64,000 nt of DNA, from assembly GCA_049970175.1 (NCBI GenBank), contig JBMFNL010000009.1, positions 238 to 64,237 of the forward strand. The letters run 5' to 3'. The position numbers and the translations under genes were made by a program. Shown here piece after piece: positions 1 to 9,639 of the stretch. The notes beneath the pieces were generated by a model that was given only the letters and a program-made list of their open reading frames with translations, was not told the origin of the DNA and searched no databases. Positions within the stretch are counted from its first letter, which is position 1. Each line of letters starts with the position of its first letter. This DNA is from Chloroflexia bacterium. GTDB taxonomy: Bacteria; Chloroflexota; Chloroflexia; DTKN01.

Positions 1-2
1 AC

Positions 3-278
3 CTCGGCCATGCCGGCTATGGTAGCCTCCTCTCCATCGGGGTAGGGCCCACCCTGGCCTACTCCATGACGGTAGGCGACGGGTCCTGGGTACGGGCCAT
101 CGCCGTGGATGCGGGGTCAGGACGAGTCTATGTGGCGACCGATCATGCCATAACGATCCTGGAGGAGTATCTGCCCTATCGGTTTCATTTCCCTATCCTG
201 CCCAAACAATGGCCGCGGGTCGGGGATTCCGCTCCAAGGGGGGACCTCTCTGACCCGGCCCGCCAACCCTGGCCGTAG
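3..278 (+). CDS. 3' end of a beta-propeller-like (YVTN/LVIVD-type) extracellular protein, 5'-truncated by the window edge
   Basis: Frame is open from base 3 (LGHAGYGSLLSIG...VRAIAVDAGSGRVYVATDHAITIL) to TAG at 276-278; propeller-blade-like strand pattern. Confidence 0.5.
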   Translation, partial: LGHAGYGSLLSIGVGPTLAYSMTVGDGSWVRAIAVDAGSGRVYVATDHAITILEEYLPYRFHFPILPKQWPRVGDSAPRGDLSDPARQPWP

Positions 279-360
279 GGGGTGGGAGGGCTCGGAAGGG
301 AGGTGAGATATCCCTGTTTTCGGTAGCGAGGCGGGAAAGTTTCTTGGAAAGGGGGCTACA

Positions 361-3300
361 ATGGGAAGACGGAGAAAATCTTTCGCTTGGCTCATAGGCA
401 TCCTGGGCTTGGTCATGCTGATGGTGTCGCGGGAGTTCGCTGCTTACGCGGCTTTTCCTGAGGACGAAATTTTCAGAACCACTGCTCAGACAACCAGTAG
501 AAGGGTAGGGGCATACTTCTTTTACTGGTTCTGGTATCCTGACCAGCCGGATGACCCGGAAACCTACATGGCTTTTCACCCTCCAGGGCTGACGGTGGAG
601 GATACTACCTTCCACAACGAACCCTATGCCATACCCTATCAGGGAGGTACATACAACGACGCCTACTACAGCTCAGCCTGGTATGGAGCCAACCAGCATC
701 CCCAACGCTGGTGGGAATGGCAGTTTCGAGACATGGCGGAAGCCGAACTGGATTTCGCCGTGTTGAACTCGTGGGATGGAGCCGAATTCTTCTACCCCCA
801 TCTCCGTATGGAAAGCGTTGCCCCTTACCTCCGGGCCGCACTGGAATCCTTGGGAAATCCGCTACAACTAACCCTGTATGACGATACGGTTTCCGAGGGG
901 CTACAATGGAACAAGAGCAACGGCCGCTGGCCTCCCGACGAATACCCTTGTGATTACATTGCCAACCCGCGTTCCTGCCCGGACACGTATCGGATGCCCC
1001 TGAGCAACGAGCCCAATTTTCACTACTTCCTGGATAAACTGGCCGCTTTCTACCCCTATCTCGACCGTGGACACTGGGCCACCTTGGATGGACGTTCTGT
1101 AGATGCCGGCGGTCGCCTACTGATCTTCATGGGGCAACCTTGGTATTTTCGGGACTTTACCCTCAACGGGGTTCATTACGGGGCCCGCCTGATGTGCCGG
1201 ATCAAGAAATACATGATGGAACAGTTCGATATACCGAGCCCTTTCCTGCTGCCGTCAGGGGACTGGGGCGCATGGGAGGGGAGCGCGGACCCATGGCTGG
1301 CCAGTGCTCACCACTGTAGCGAAGTGGGAATTTCCATAGCCGGAGACCCGTATATCCTGGACGGATGGTCGGCATACGGGATGGCCCTTGGAGGACCCGG
1401 CGTTCCCCACGGAGCCTTTGTTGCCTCTTACACTACGGATCAGACGCATACGATGGCTTACCTGGGTCCCGGTCGCGATGACAAAACTCCTCTTTTGAAT
1501 GTGATTGCTTACAGTGGTCCCTATGGCGGGGAGGGCCCGAACAATCGAGCGGGTGGGTATAACGCTCGCTGGTGGTCAGTCGAAGGCGAAGGACTGGCTG
1601 ACTACTGCCCCGACGGCCGCTGCCAGGACCGCTATTATTACCAGAGCTGGTCCTTTGCGATCTCTCATCAGCCGGTCCCGGAATTGGTGGTCATCGAGAG
1701 TTGGAACGAATTGTTCGAGGGCTCAGCGGTCAGCAAGATCACCACCTATGTGGGGCCTGACCTGATGTGCGGCCAGGGGCCTCCTTGTCCCCCGCTCTAC
1801 TTCATAGAGAACCCCTATCACGAATCTCCCTGGAGCCCATGGTTCTGGATCTTTCGCACGCGCGACATCATCCGCGAGTGGCGGGGAGGAGCACCACCCC
1901 CGTACTACGAAGTGGACGATCCTCAGAATATCCCCGGTTGGTCAAGCGATCAAGGGGCTCTAGGCCAGTGGTTCTATGGGGAAAGGTTTCATTATGTTCA
2001 AGAGAATGCCGACGTGAATCCTGTAGAGTGGGTTCTCCCTCTCCCCCAGGACGGCCTTTACGATGTCTATGCGTACTGGCCGTATGTTCAGGGGGCTACC
2101 GAAGATGCCCATTACACGATCCGCCACGCTCGTGGTGAGGCTTCGGTCCGTATCGATCAGTCCAGGTACTGGGATGCCGGCGGATGGGCCTTCTTGGGAC
2201 GTTATCCTTTCCGGGCCGGTTCTTCACATCGCATCTTCCTCAGTAGCCAGGTCGAAAATCCCAAGGGACGATACGTAGTGGCCGATGCCGTTCGTCTGGT
2301 TTATCATGAGGCGTGGACCCCGCCTTACCTTGAGCCACAAGCCTTTCTACCGGTCGTCTTCAAAGCCGTCTCCCAAAGGGCTGGAGGCATTGTACCCCTT
2401 ACTCCACTCCCAGGCCAACCTTACCCGAAACCGGAAAGCGACATGGAAGCCGTTCTTCCTACTCCGGCCTCCGTAGGCCTGCAGAACTATCCTGTCCCCA
2501 CTCCGTCCCCATGGCCTACACCACGACCCAGTCCCACCCCTACACCTGGCCCTACTCCCCCTCCTCCTGACCTCCTGCCTCCCCTATCCCAGGTGCAGGC
2601 CCTGCCAGCCTTCCACCATGTACCTGCGTTCTGGGTTACCTGGACGGCCGAAGACCCCGGCGGCGCCGGCGTAGCTCGTATCCAAGTTCAGGTGCGGGAT
2701 GGTGTCGAAGGTCCATGGGGCGAGTGGCTTCCTTACGCCGGACCTTTTGCCTTCTTTGAAGGAGCCCAGCATGGTCACACCTACTACTTCCGCTCCCGAG
2801 CCACCGACTGGGCCGGAAATATCGAGTCCTGGCCGCAGAACCCCGACTACGACACCTTCACCACGGTGGACCTCCTTCCCCCGACTTCCCGGGTTTCGCC
2901 TCTGCTACCTTACAGCCGGGCCTCCTTCACCGTCTCCTGGGGCGGGGAAGATAACCTCTCCGGCATCGCTTCCTACGATATCCAGGTCTGCCGGGACGCC
3001 TGTGCCGACCCCGCCCAGGGCTGGACGGACTGGCTCACACAGACCGCCCAGACCTCGGCCACCTTCACCGGCGGGGAGCACGGCCGGACGTACGCCTTCC
3101 GCTGCCGGGCCCACGACCGGGCCGGCAACCTGGAGGCGTGGCCGGCCTCGCCCGATGCCTCCACCCTGGTGGATACCCTTCCCCCGACCTCCCAGGTGAA
3201 CGCGCTGCCGGCTTACAGCCGCGCTTCCTTCGCCGTCTCCTGGAGCGGGGAGGACCCCACCTCCGGCATCGCCTCTTACGATATCCAGGTCTGCCGAGAG

Positions 3301-6282
3301 CATTGCACCCAGCCCCGCCAGGCCGTCTGGAACGACTGGCTGCTCCAGACCACCGCCACCTCCGCCCTTTACAGCACGGAGCAGGAAGGCCCGGTCTACT
3401 TCCGCTGCCGGGCCCGCGACCGCGCCGGCAACGTCGAGGGCTATCCTTCCCTTCCCGATGCCCAGACCACGGTGGACCGGACGGCTCCTTCCTCCCAGGT
3501 TGCGTCCCTGCCGCCCTACAGCCGGGCCTCCTTCACCGTCTCCTGGGGCGGGGAAGATAACCTCTCCGGCATCGCTTCCTACGATATCCAGGTCTGCCGG
3601 GACGCCTGTGCCGACCCCGCCCAGGGCTGGACGAACTGGCTCACACAGACCGCCCAGACCTCGGCCACCTTCACCGGCGGAGAGCACGGCCGGACGTACG
3701 CCTTCCGCTGCCGGGCCCACGACCGGGCCGGCAACGTCGAGGCGTGGCCGGCCTCGCCCGATGCCTCCACCCTGGTGGATACCCTTCCCCCGACCTCCCA
3801 GGTGAACGCGCTGCCGGCTTACAGCCGCGCTTCCTTCGCCGTCTCCTGGAGCGGGGAGGACCCCACCTCCGGCATCGCCTCTTACGACGTCCAGGTCTGC
3901 CGGGACGCCTGTGCCGACCCCACCCAGGGCTGGACGGACTGGCTCACACAGACCGCCCAGACCTCGGCCACCTTCACCGGCGGGGAGCACGGCCACACCT
4001 ACTTCTTCCGCTCCCGCGCTCACGACCGCGCCGGCAACGTGGAGGAGTGGCCCAAGTCCCCCGATGCCTGGACCACGGTGGATGCCGTGCCTCCTGCTTC
4101 CCAGGTTTCGCCCCTGCCGGCCTACACCACCGCCGCCTTCACCGTCACCTGGAGCGGCACGGACGACACCTCCGGCCTCACCGTCTACGATGTCCAGTAC
4201 TGCCTCGGCGACTGCCGCGACCCCCTGGCCGTCTGGACGAACTGGCTGCAGGGAACCCCTCTCACCACCTCCCTCTTCACCGGCGGAGAGCACGGCCGGA
4301 CGTACGCCTTCCGCTGCCGGGCCCACGACCGGGCCGGCAACGTCGAGGCGTGGCCGGCCTCGCCCGATGCCTCCACCCTGGTGGATACCCTTCCCCCGAC
4401 CTCCCAGGTGAACGCGCTGCCGGCTTACAGCCGCGCTTCCTTCGCCGTCTCCTGGAGCGGGGAGGACCCCACCTCCGGCATCGCCTCTTACGACGTCCAG
4501 GTCTGCCGGGACGCCTGTGCCGACCCCACCCAGGGCTGGACGGACTGGCTCACACAGACCGCCCAGACCTCGGCCACCTTCACCGGCGGGGAGCACGGCC
4601 ACACCTACTTCTTCCGCTCCCGCGCTCACGACCGCGCCGGCAACGTGGAGGAGTGGCCCAAGTCCCCCGATGCCTGGACCACGGTGGATGCCGTGCCTCC
4701 TGCTTCCCAGGTTTCGCCCCTGCCGGCCTACACCACCGCCGCCTTCACCGTCACCTGGAGCGGCACGGACGACACCTCCGGCCTCACCGTCTACGATGTC
4801 CAGTACTGCCTCGGCGACTGCCGCGACCCCCTGGCCGTCTGGACGAACTGGCTGCAGGGAACCCCTCTCACCACCTCCCTCTTCACCGGCGGAGAGCACG
4901 GCCGGACGTACGCCTTCCGCTGCCGGGCCCACGACCGGGCCGGCAACGTCGAGGAGTGGCCGGCCTCGCCCGATGCCTCCACCGTGGTGGATACCCTCCC
5001 CCCGACTTCCACGGTCCTCCCGCTCCCCGAATACAGCCTCCCCTCCTTCACCGTCTCCTGGGAGGTCGAGGACCCGGTCTCCGGTTGGGACTCCTTGGAC
5101 ATCCAGGTCTGCACCGGCACCTGTTCCTTCGCCTCCCCCTGGCAGGACTGGCTGACCCATACCACCGCGCTCTCGACCACCTTCACCGGTGGGGAGGACG
5201 GTCGGATCTACTTCTTCCGCTCCCGGGCCCGCGACCGGGTCGGTAACCAGGGGAAGTGGCCGCCGGAGCCCTCGGCCTGGACCACGGTGGACTCGTCTCC
5301 ACCCACTTCTCAGGTGGAGCCGCTTCCGGAGTACAGCCCGGCCGTCTTCACCGTCACCTGGTCCGGCCAGGATGCCGGCTGCGGCCTGGCTTCCTACGAT
5401 GTCCAGGTCTGTACCTGTCCTTCCCCGGAGGCCGGCTGTTGCCAGGACTGGATGGTGGGCGTTACCCGGACCTCGGCCCTCTTCACCGGCACCCACGGCC
5501 AGGCCTATTTCTTCCGTTCCCGCGCCCGCGACGTCCTGGGCAACCTGGAGGACTATCCCCCCGTCCCGGATGCTTCCACCCACGTGGACGCCGAACCTCC
5601 GACGACCTGGCTCGAAGTGCTTCCCACCTTGGGCGAGGCCACGACCTTCCTGGTACACTGGGACGGCCTGGATAAACTCTCCGGCCTGGCCGCCTTTGAC
5701 CTCTTCTTCCGCGATGAGGGCCTTCCGGAGTGGGAGGCCTGGATGGAGGGCGTGACCCTGACGCAGGCCCTCTTCCACGGACAGGCCGGCCATACCTACT
5801 ACCTTTGCGTACGGGGAATAGACCGCGCCGGCAACGTGGAGGACAAGGGCTGTCCCGGTCCGGCCGAGGGCTGGCCCGTCGCCGGAGAGGTCGTCCTGGT
5901 CGTTCCGCCGGCCTCGCGGGTCGAACCGCTTCCGCCCGATGCGCCCGGGACAACCTTCGAGGTGCGCTGGGGTGGCACTCCCAACAACCTGCTCTACCAG
6001 GTGCAGGTCCAGGACCTGCAGGAGGGCATCTGGCGCGACTGGGTGATGACCAAGGAGCATTCGGCCCTTTTCCAGGGGCAGCCCGGACACACCTACGCTT
6101 TCCGCTGCCGGGCCCAGGATCCGCGAAGCGGGGTTTGGGAGGCCTGGCCGTGGGGGGAGGATACGCGCACCACCGTGCCGGCGGCCGAACTGCAGGGAAC
6201 TTGGCCCGGCCCTGGCCGGCCGGCCGAGATCGCCGCCGACCGGCCCCGGCCGGCCCGCGACTTTCCCTACCGACCGATCTGA
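361..6282 (+). CDS. Large secreted multidomain protein: GH99/DUF5010-like glycoside hydrolase domain, golvesin/Xly-type CBD-like domain, P/T linker, 12 fibronectin type III-like repeats
   Basis: N-terminal signal peptide; GAYFFYWF...WQFRDMAEAELDF and IESWNELFEGS motifs; GLYDVYAYWP...VVADAVRL domain; 12 units of about 101 aa with W..YD.QV..W..W..G.TY.FR.RA.D.AGN.E. Confidence 0.75.
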   Translation: MGRRRKSFAWLIGILGLVMLMVSREFAAYAAFPEDEIFRTTAQTTSRRVGAYFFYWFWYPDQPDDPETYMAFHPPGLTVEDTTFHNEPYAIPYQGGTYNDAYYSSAWYGANQHPQRWWEWQFRDMAEAELDFAVLNSWDGAEFFYPHLRMESVAPYLRAALESLGNPLQLTLYDDTVSEGLQWNKSNGRWPPDEYPCDYIANPRSCPDTYRMPLSNEPNFHYFLDKLAAFYPYLDRGHWATLDGRSVDAGGRLLIFMGQPWYFRDFTLNGVHYGARLMCRIKKYMMEQFDIPSPFLLPSGDWGAWEGSADPWLASAHHCSEVGISIAGDPYILDGWSAYGMALGGPGVPHGAFVASYTTDQTHTMAYLGPGRDDKTPLLNVIAYSGPYGGEGPNNRAGGYNARWWSVEGEGLADYCPDGRCQDRYYYQSWSFAISHQPVPELVVIESWNELFEGSAVSKITTYVGPDLMCGQGPPCPPLYFIENPYHESPWSPWFWIFRTRDIIREWRGGAPPPYYEVDDPQNIPGWSSDQGALGQWFYGERFHYVQENADVNPVEWVLPLPQDGLYDVYAYWPYVQGATEDAHYTIRHARGEASVRIDQSRYWDAGGWAFLGRYPFRAGSSHRIFLSSQVENPKGRYVVADAVRLVYHEAWTPPYLEPQAFLPVVFKAVSQRAGGIVPLTPLPGQPYPKPESDMEAVLPTPASVGLQNYPVPTPSPWPTPRPSPTPTPGPTPPPPDLLPPLSQVQALPAFHHVPAFWVTWTAEDPGGAGVARIQVQVRDGVEGPWGEWLPYAGPFAFFEGAQHGHTYYFRSRATDWAGNIESWPQNPDYDTFTTVDLLPPTSRVSPLLPYSRASFTVSWGGEDNLSGIASYDIQVCRDACADPAQGWTDWLTQTAQTSATFTGGEHGRTYAFRCRAHDRAGNLEAWPASPDASTLVDTLPPTSQVNALPAYSRASFAVSWSGEDPTSGIASYDIQVCREHCTQPRQAVWNDWLLQTTATSALYSTEQEGPVYFRCRARDRAGNVEGYPSLPDAQTTVDRTAPSSQVASLPPYSRASFTVSWGGEDNLSGIASYDIQVCRDACADPAQGWTNWLTQTAQTSATFTGGEHGRTYAFRCRAHDRAGNVEAWPASPDASTLVDTLPPTSQVNALPAYSRASFAVSWSGEDPTSGIASYDVQVCRDACADPTQGWTDWLTQTAQTSATFTGGEHGHTYFFRSRAHDRAGNVEEWPKSPDAWTTVDAVPPASQVSPLPAYTTAAFTVTWSGTDDTSGLTVYDVQYCLGDCRDPLAVWTNWLQGTPLTTSLFTGGEHGRTYAFRCRAHDRAGNVEAWPASPDASTLVDTLPPTSQVNALPAYSRASFAVSWSGEDPTSGIASYDVQVCRDACADPTQGWTDWLTQTAQTSATFTGGEHGHTYFFRSRAHDRAGNVEEWPKSPDAWTTVDAVPPASQVSPLPAYTTAAFTVTWSGTDDTSGLTVYDVQYCLGDCRDPLAVWTNWLQGTPLTTSLFTGGEHGRTYAFRCRAHDRAGNVEEWPASPDASTVVDTLPPTSTVLPLPEYSLPSFTVSWEVEDPVSGWDSLDIQVCTGTCSFASPWQDWLTHTTALSTTFTGGEDGRIYFFRSRARDRVGNQGKWPPEPSAWTTVDSSPPTSQVEPLPEYSPAVFTVTWSGQDAGCGLASYDVQVCTCPSPEAGCCQDWMVGVTRTSALFTGTHGQAYFFRSRARDVLGNLEDYPPVPDASTHVDAEPPTTWLEVLPTLGEATTFLVHWDGLDKLSGLAAFDLFFRDEGLPEWEAWMEGVTLTQALFHGQAGHTYYLCVRGIDRAGNVEDKGCPGPAEGWPVAGEVVLVVPPASRVEPLPPDAPGTTFEVRWGGTPNNLLYQVQVQDLQEGIWRDWVMTKEHSALFQGQPGHTYAFRCRAQDPRSGVWEAWPWGEDTRTTVPAAELQGTWPGPGRPAEIAADRPRPARDFPYRPI
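3670..4955 (+). repeat. Near-perfect 606-bp tandem duplication (two FN3 units per period) inside the large CDS
   Basis: Sequence starting ttcaccggcggagagcacggcc at 3670 recurs at 4276 and stays essentially identical to about 4955; shadow ORFs also recur at 606-bp spacing (3579/4185/4791). Confidence 0.9.
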
Positions 6283-6396
6283 TGGATGTACAGGGGCGAG
6301 GTTGGATTTCCCCAACCTCGCCCCTCTCTCCCCTATCGGATGTTCGGCAAGATGATGACCGGGCGGGCGAAATATCGTGGCCGGCCTGGCGACCCC

Positions 6397-7677
6397 CTAT
6401 TGGGCGCTCAGCGAGACGTTGGCTACCCAGGCCTTGTAATCGTTCCCCGAAGCCAGGAGTTCGATGCCGTCCAGGAAGACGGGACGAGGATACAACTCCA
6501 GCAATTCCAGGGAGATGTGTGTCCAGCGGTAATGGGGCACCATCCGGGCTTCCCCTTCCGTGCCGGGGAAATCGGTCTTGGACCCCCGGGCGGTGTGGTC
6601 GTAGAATCCAAAGGTATACCGGCGGTTTTCCCCCTGGGCATCGTGATAGCGGACGGCCACGTTGAAGGGGTAATCAATGCCCAACGGACCGCCGCCCGGC
6701 TGGCTCTGGTAATCAATACGCAGGTCAAACTCCAGACGTACCGACTGGTAAGGGGAAAGGTCTGTGCCGATCTCCTGGGAGAGGATGGCGATGCAGCGGT
6801 CCTCCGTGCCGCCCATCCGGCTCAATCCCAGCGTCCAGGTCCAGGCCTCGCCGACCATCTGCTGGTCCAGGAGGTAGGTCGCCTCCACCGTGCCGCCGTC
6901 GGCCGTCTGTTCGGAGCGAAAGGTCCAGTAGGCCAGCCCCTGGGCAAAGTCGCCGTTACGTAAAAGTTGCCAGCGGGCCGGCTCGACCTGGGGCAGAAGG
7001 CCGGACGCCACCACGGCCTTTTGGCCGGCAGGGACCTGAACGGGTGGTCCCTGCGGCTCGGCAAAGAGGAGCACTTCCCCCAACCGAACGGCCACCTCCG
7101 TCCCCCGGTCGACCCGCAAAAGATAGTTTCCCCCGGCCGCCAGTTCGATGCGGGCCGCCGGGGTGTAGACGACGAAGCGGACTTCCTGGTATGAACCGGT
7201 GCGGGCCACGCCCAGGAGGACCTGGCCGGCCGGTATCTCCAGGACGACCTCGCGGAAACGTTCGGAATAGAGCGTGGCCTGAAGCCGGCGGAAGGTGACC
7301 TGCGTTCCGGCGTAGAGTTGCAGGGTGCTGCCCTCCCAGAGCGTGACCAGGGCGGCCGTCCCCGGCGGCGCACTTGGCCCCACCCGGACGGTCTCGCCTT
7401 CTTCCAGGGGCACCGTCTGGCCTGGGAAAACGGCGATCGGCCGCACCTCGCCGGCGTAAATCCGGGAGACGGCGCTGCTATAGGATTCCAGCATGCTGCC
7501 GGCCTGTGCTCCGGCGATCGAGGCCCGGAGATACCAGAGGCCCGTTCCGCTCAGGACGCAGAAGAAGAGAAAACAGCCCGAGGCCAACCCCAGGATAAGC
7601 CAGGCCAGCCGGGCGGTCGCCTGGGGGCTGCGGGTGGGAGGAACGGCCCGAAACGGCTGTGCCGGCCGGACGGCCAT
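6397..7677 (-). CDS. FecR-domain membrane protein with a C-terminal CBM-like beta-sandwich
   Basis: One N-terminal TM; GETVRVG...ALVTLWEGSTLQLYAGTQV...GQV...TPAARI...VAVRLGEV FecR-like pattern; LLRNGDFAQGLAYW domain start. Confidence 0.65.
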   Translation of the reverse strand: MAVRPAQPFRAVPPTRSPQATARLAWLILGLASGCFLFFCVLSGTGLWYLRASIAGAQAGSMLESYSSAVSRIYAGEVRPIAVFPGQTVPLEEGETVRVGPSAPPGTAALVTLWEGSTLQLYAGTQVTFRRLQATLYSERFREVVLEIPAGQVLLGVARTGSYQEVRFVVYTPAARIELAAGGNYLLRVDRGTEVAVRLGEVLLFAEPQGPPVQVPAGQKAVVASGLLPQVEPARWQLLRNGDFAQGLAYWTFRSEQTADGGTVEATYLLDQQMVGEAWTWTLGLSRMGGTEDRCIAILSQEIGTDLSPYQSVRLEFDLRIDYQSQPGGGPLGIDYPFNVAVRYHDAQGENRRYTFGFYDHTARGSKTDFPGTEGEARMVPHYRWTHISLELLELYPRPVFLDGIELLASGNDYKAWVANVSLSAQ

Positions 7678-7688
7678 GTCCGCCCCCT

Positions 7689-8660
7689 TTACCTGGCCAG
7701 GCGGTGGAGGCCGGCCGCCCGGGCCAGTTCCACCGCCTGGCGGTACTCTTCCATCGTGATGCGCCGCCGCAAGGGGGGATATTCCCAGGCCCGATACTCG
7801 GGGCGGTACTGGGCCATCACGTTGACGTAGGTATCCCGCGAGATCTCCTTGGCCAGGAAGCGCATCACTTCGGCCGTTCCGGCCAGCCCCTCCGGTAGGA
7901 CCAAATGGCGCACGATCAGTCCCCGCCGAGCGATGCCGCGTTCGTCCACCACCAGATCCCCAACCTGACGGTGCATCTCGCGGATGGCCAGCCGGTTGAC
8001 CCGTGGGTAATGTTCCACCTGGGAATAGCGACGCGCCGTCTCCGCGTCGGCATATTTGGCATCGGGCATGTAGATGTCCACCACCCCATCCAGCAGGCGC
8101 AGGGTGGGGAGGGCATCGTAGCCGCCGGTGTTATAGACCAGCGGGATGCGCAACCCCGAACGGGCCGCCACGGCCAGAGCGCCCAGGATCTGGGGCACCA
8201 CATGGGTGGGCGAGACCAGGTTGATATTGTGCGCACCGGCCCGCTGCAATTGCAGCATCATCGCCGCCAGTTCCTCTACCTCCACCTCCACCCCTTCGCC
8301 CAACTGGCTGATCTCGTAATTTTGACAATATTGACAATGCAAGTTGCAATGGGTAAAAAAGATGGTGCCGGACCCTCCCCAGCCCACCAGGGGCGGTTCC
8401 TCGCCAAAGTGCAGGTGGGCGCTGGAGACCACGGCGCGCCGGCCGGTGCGGCATTCGCCGCGTTCATCGGCCAGACGGTTGACCCCGCAGGCCCGGGGGC
8501 AGAGGCGGCAGCGTTCCAGCATCCGGTAGGCCCGTTCGACCCGGCGCTCCAGTTCGCCATTGGGCAGAAGGGCCAAGTAGGCCGGCCAGGTGTGCTCCTC
8601 CCCCGAAGCCTTCCGTTCGGGGAGGGGAAGATTGCGGTTCCGTTCGGTACGGGCACCCAT
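7689..8660 (-). CDS. PflX-like radical SAM protein
   Basis: CRLCPRACGVNR N-terminal motif; GSGTIFFTHCNLHCQYCQNYEISQ (CxxxCxxC); start chosen at ATG 8660. Confidence 0.85.
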   Translation of the reverse strand: MGARTERNRNLPLPERKASGEEHTWPAYLALLPNGELERRVERAYRMLERCRLCPRACGVNRLADERGECRTGRRAVVSSAHLHFGEEPPLVGWGGSGTIFFTHCNLHCQYCQNYEISQLGEGVEVEVEELAAMMLQLQRAGAHNINLVSPTHVVPQILGALAVAARSGLRIPLVYNTGGYDALPTLRLLDGVVDIYMPDAKYADAETARRYSQVEHYPRVNRLAIREMHRQVGDLVVDERGIARRGLIVRHLVLPEGLAGTAEVMRFLAKEISRDTYVNVMAQYRPEYRAWEYPPLRRRITMEEYRQAVELARAAGLHRLAR

Positions 8661-8769
8661 GCTCACCCCTATGCCCTGAAACCGGCCATCCCATCGCCGG
8701 CGACGGCCGGCTTCCGAAACCGGCCTCATTCTACCGCCAGGGGCGCGAAAATGCAAACGCCGCCCGCAT

Positions 8770-8799
8770 TTGACAGGGCCGGTTCTCCTGTGCTATCCT
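8770..8799 (+). promoter_or_regulatory. Sigma70-type promoter
   Basis: TTGACA (8770-8775), 18 bp, TATCCT with upstream TG. Confidence 0.55.
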
Positions 8800-8816
8800 T
8801 GACCCCGGAGGTGGCG

Positions 8817-9485
8817 ATGGACCTTTGGCTGATCTGCCGGGCCGAATCGGAGGCGTTGGCCCGGGGGCTGGTGGAGGGCGGGCGGGATTGGCCGCTCACG
8901 GACCGGGGACGGGAACAGGCTGCCCGGCTGGCGGAGCGGCTGGCCCACATCCGGCGCATCGGCGTCCTCTACAGCAGCCCCTCCCGGTCGGCCTGGGAGA
9001 CGGCCGGGTACATCGGCCGGACGCTGGGCCTGGCCGTTCGGCCGGAGGACGACCTGCGCGAGGTGAACTGTGGCCGGCTCGGCGGCCGGCCGCTGGAGGA
9101 AGCCCGCCGGGAGGCGCCCGGCCTCTTTCCCCCCGGCAGCGATATCTTCAGCCCCTTTCCCGAGGGCGAGAGTTACGCCGAGATGCATGTGCGCGTGGTC
9201 CGGGCCGTCAACCGAATCGTGGACGAGGCCGGGGAGGAGCCGGTCGCCGTCGTCACCTATCCCGGCCCGATTCACGCCTTCCTCCTGGCCTTTTTGCGCT
9301 ATGCCATCGAGCAGCGGGCCGAACTGGGCCTGGGGTGCGACCCGGCCTCGCTGCACCACCTGCGGAGGGGGCCGGAGGGCCGCAAGGAAATCGTCTGCCT
9401 GAACGATACGGCCCACCTGGTCGCTCCCGGAACCATCCGAAAACTGTCCGCCACAGGAGGTCACGATGCCCTGGAACAAGGGTGA
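8817..9485 (+). CDS. Histidine phosphatase (PGM-like) family protein with degenerate catalytic motifs
   Basis: RBS GGAGG; D.PLT.RG..QA, LYSSP...ETA, DLREVN.G, PEGES, VAVVT fold motifs; RHG replaced by CRA. Confidence 0.75.
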   Translation: MDLWLICRAESEALARGLVEGGRDWPLTDRGREQAARLAERLAHIRRIGVLYSSPSRSAWETAGYIGRTLGLAVRPEDDLREVNCGRLGGRPLEEARREAPGLFPPGSDIFSPFPEGESYAEMHVRVVRAVNRIVDEAGEEPVAVVTYPGPIHAFLLAFLRYAIEQRAELGLGCDPASLHHLRRGPEGRKEIVCLNDTAHLVAPGTIRKLSATGGHDALEQG

Positions 9486-9639
9486 ACTGCTGCGGGAAAT
9501 CCGCCGGGCCTGGGAAAAGGGCCTGGACCGGGCCGAACTGCGGGAACTGGAGCGGCTGGCCCGGCTGTACGGGGCGACCCGGGAGGAGATTGCCCGGGCC
9601 AAAGGGCAATCCCCTCGACGCCGGAGAAACCGGCCATGA
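9466..9639 (+). CDS. Small 57-aa basic helical protein (MPWNKGELLREIRRAWEKGLDRAELRELERLARLYGATREEIARAKGQSPRRRRNRP); not in the ORF track
   Basis: AGGAGG RBS just upstream of ATG 9466; its TGA overlaps the next ATG (ATGA); amphipathic helix pattern. Confidence 0.6.
   Translation: MPWNKGELLREIRRAWEKGLDRAELRELERLARLYGATREEIARAKGQSPRRRRNRP

Noticed and set aside
2905-6315. 1136-aa minus-strand ORF and many repeated short ORFs
   Set aside because: Antisense and alternate-frame shadows of the GC-rich FN3 repeat gene
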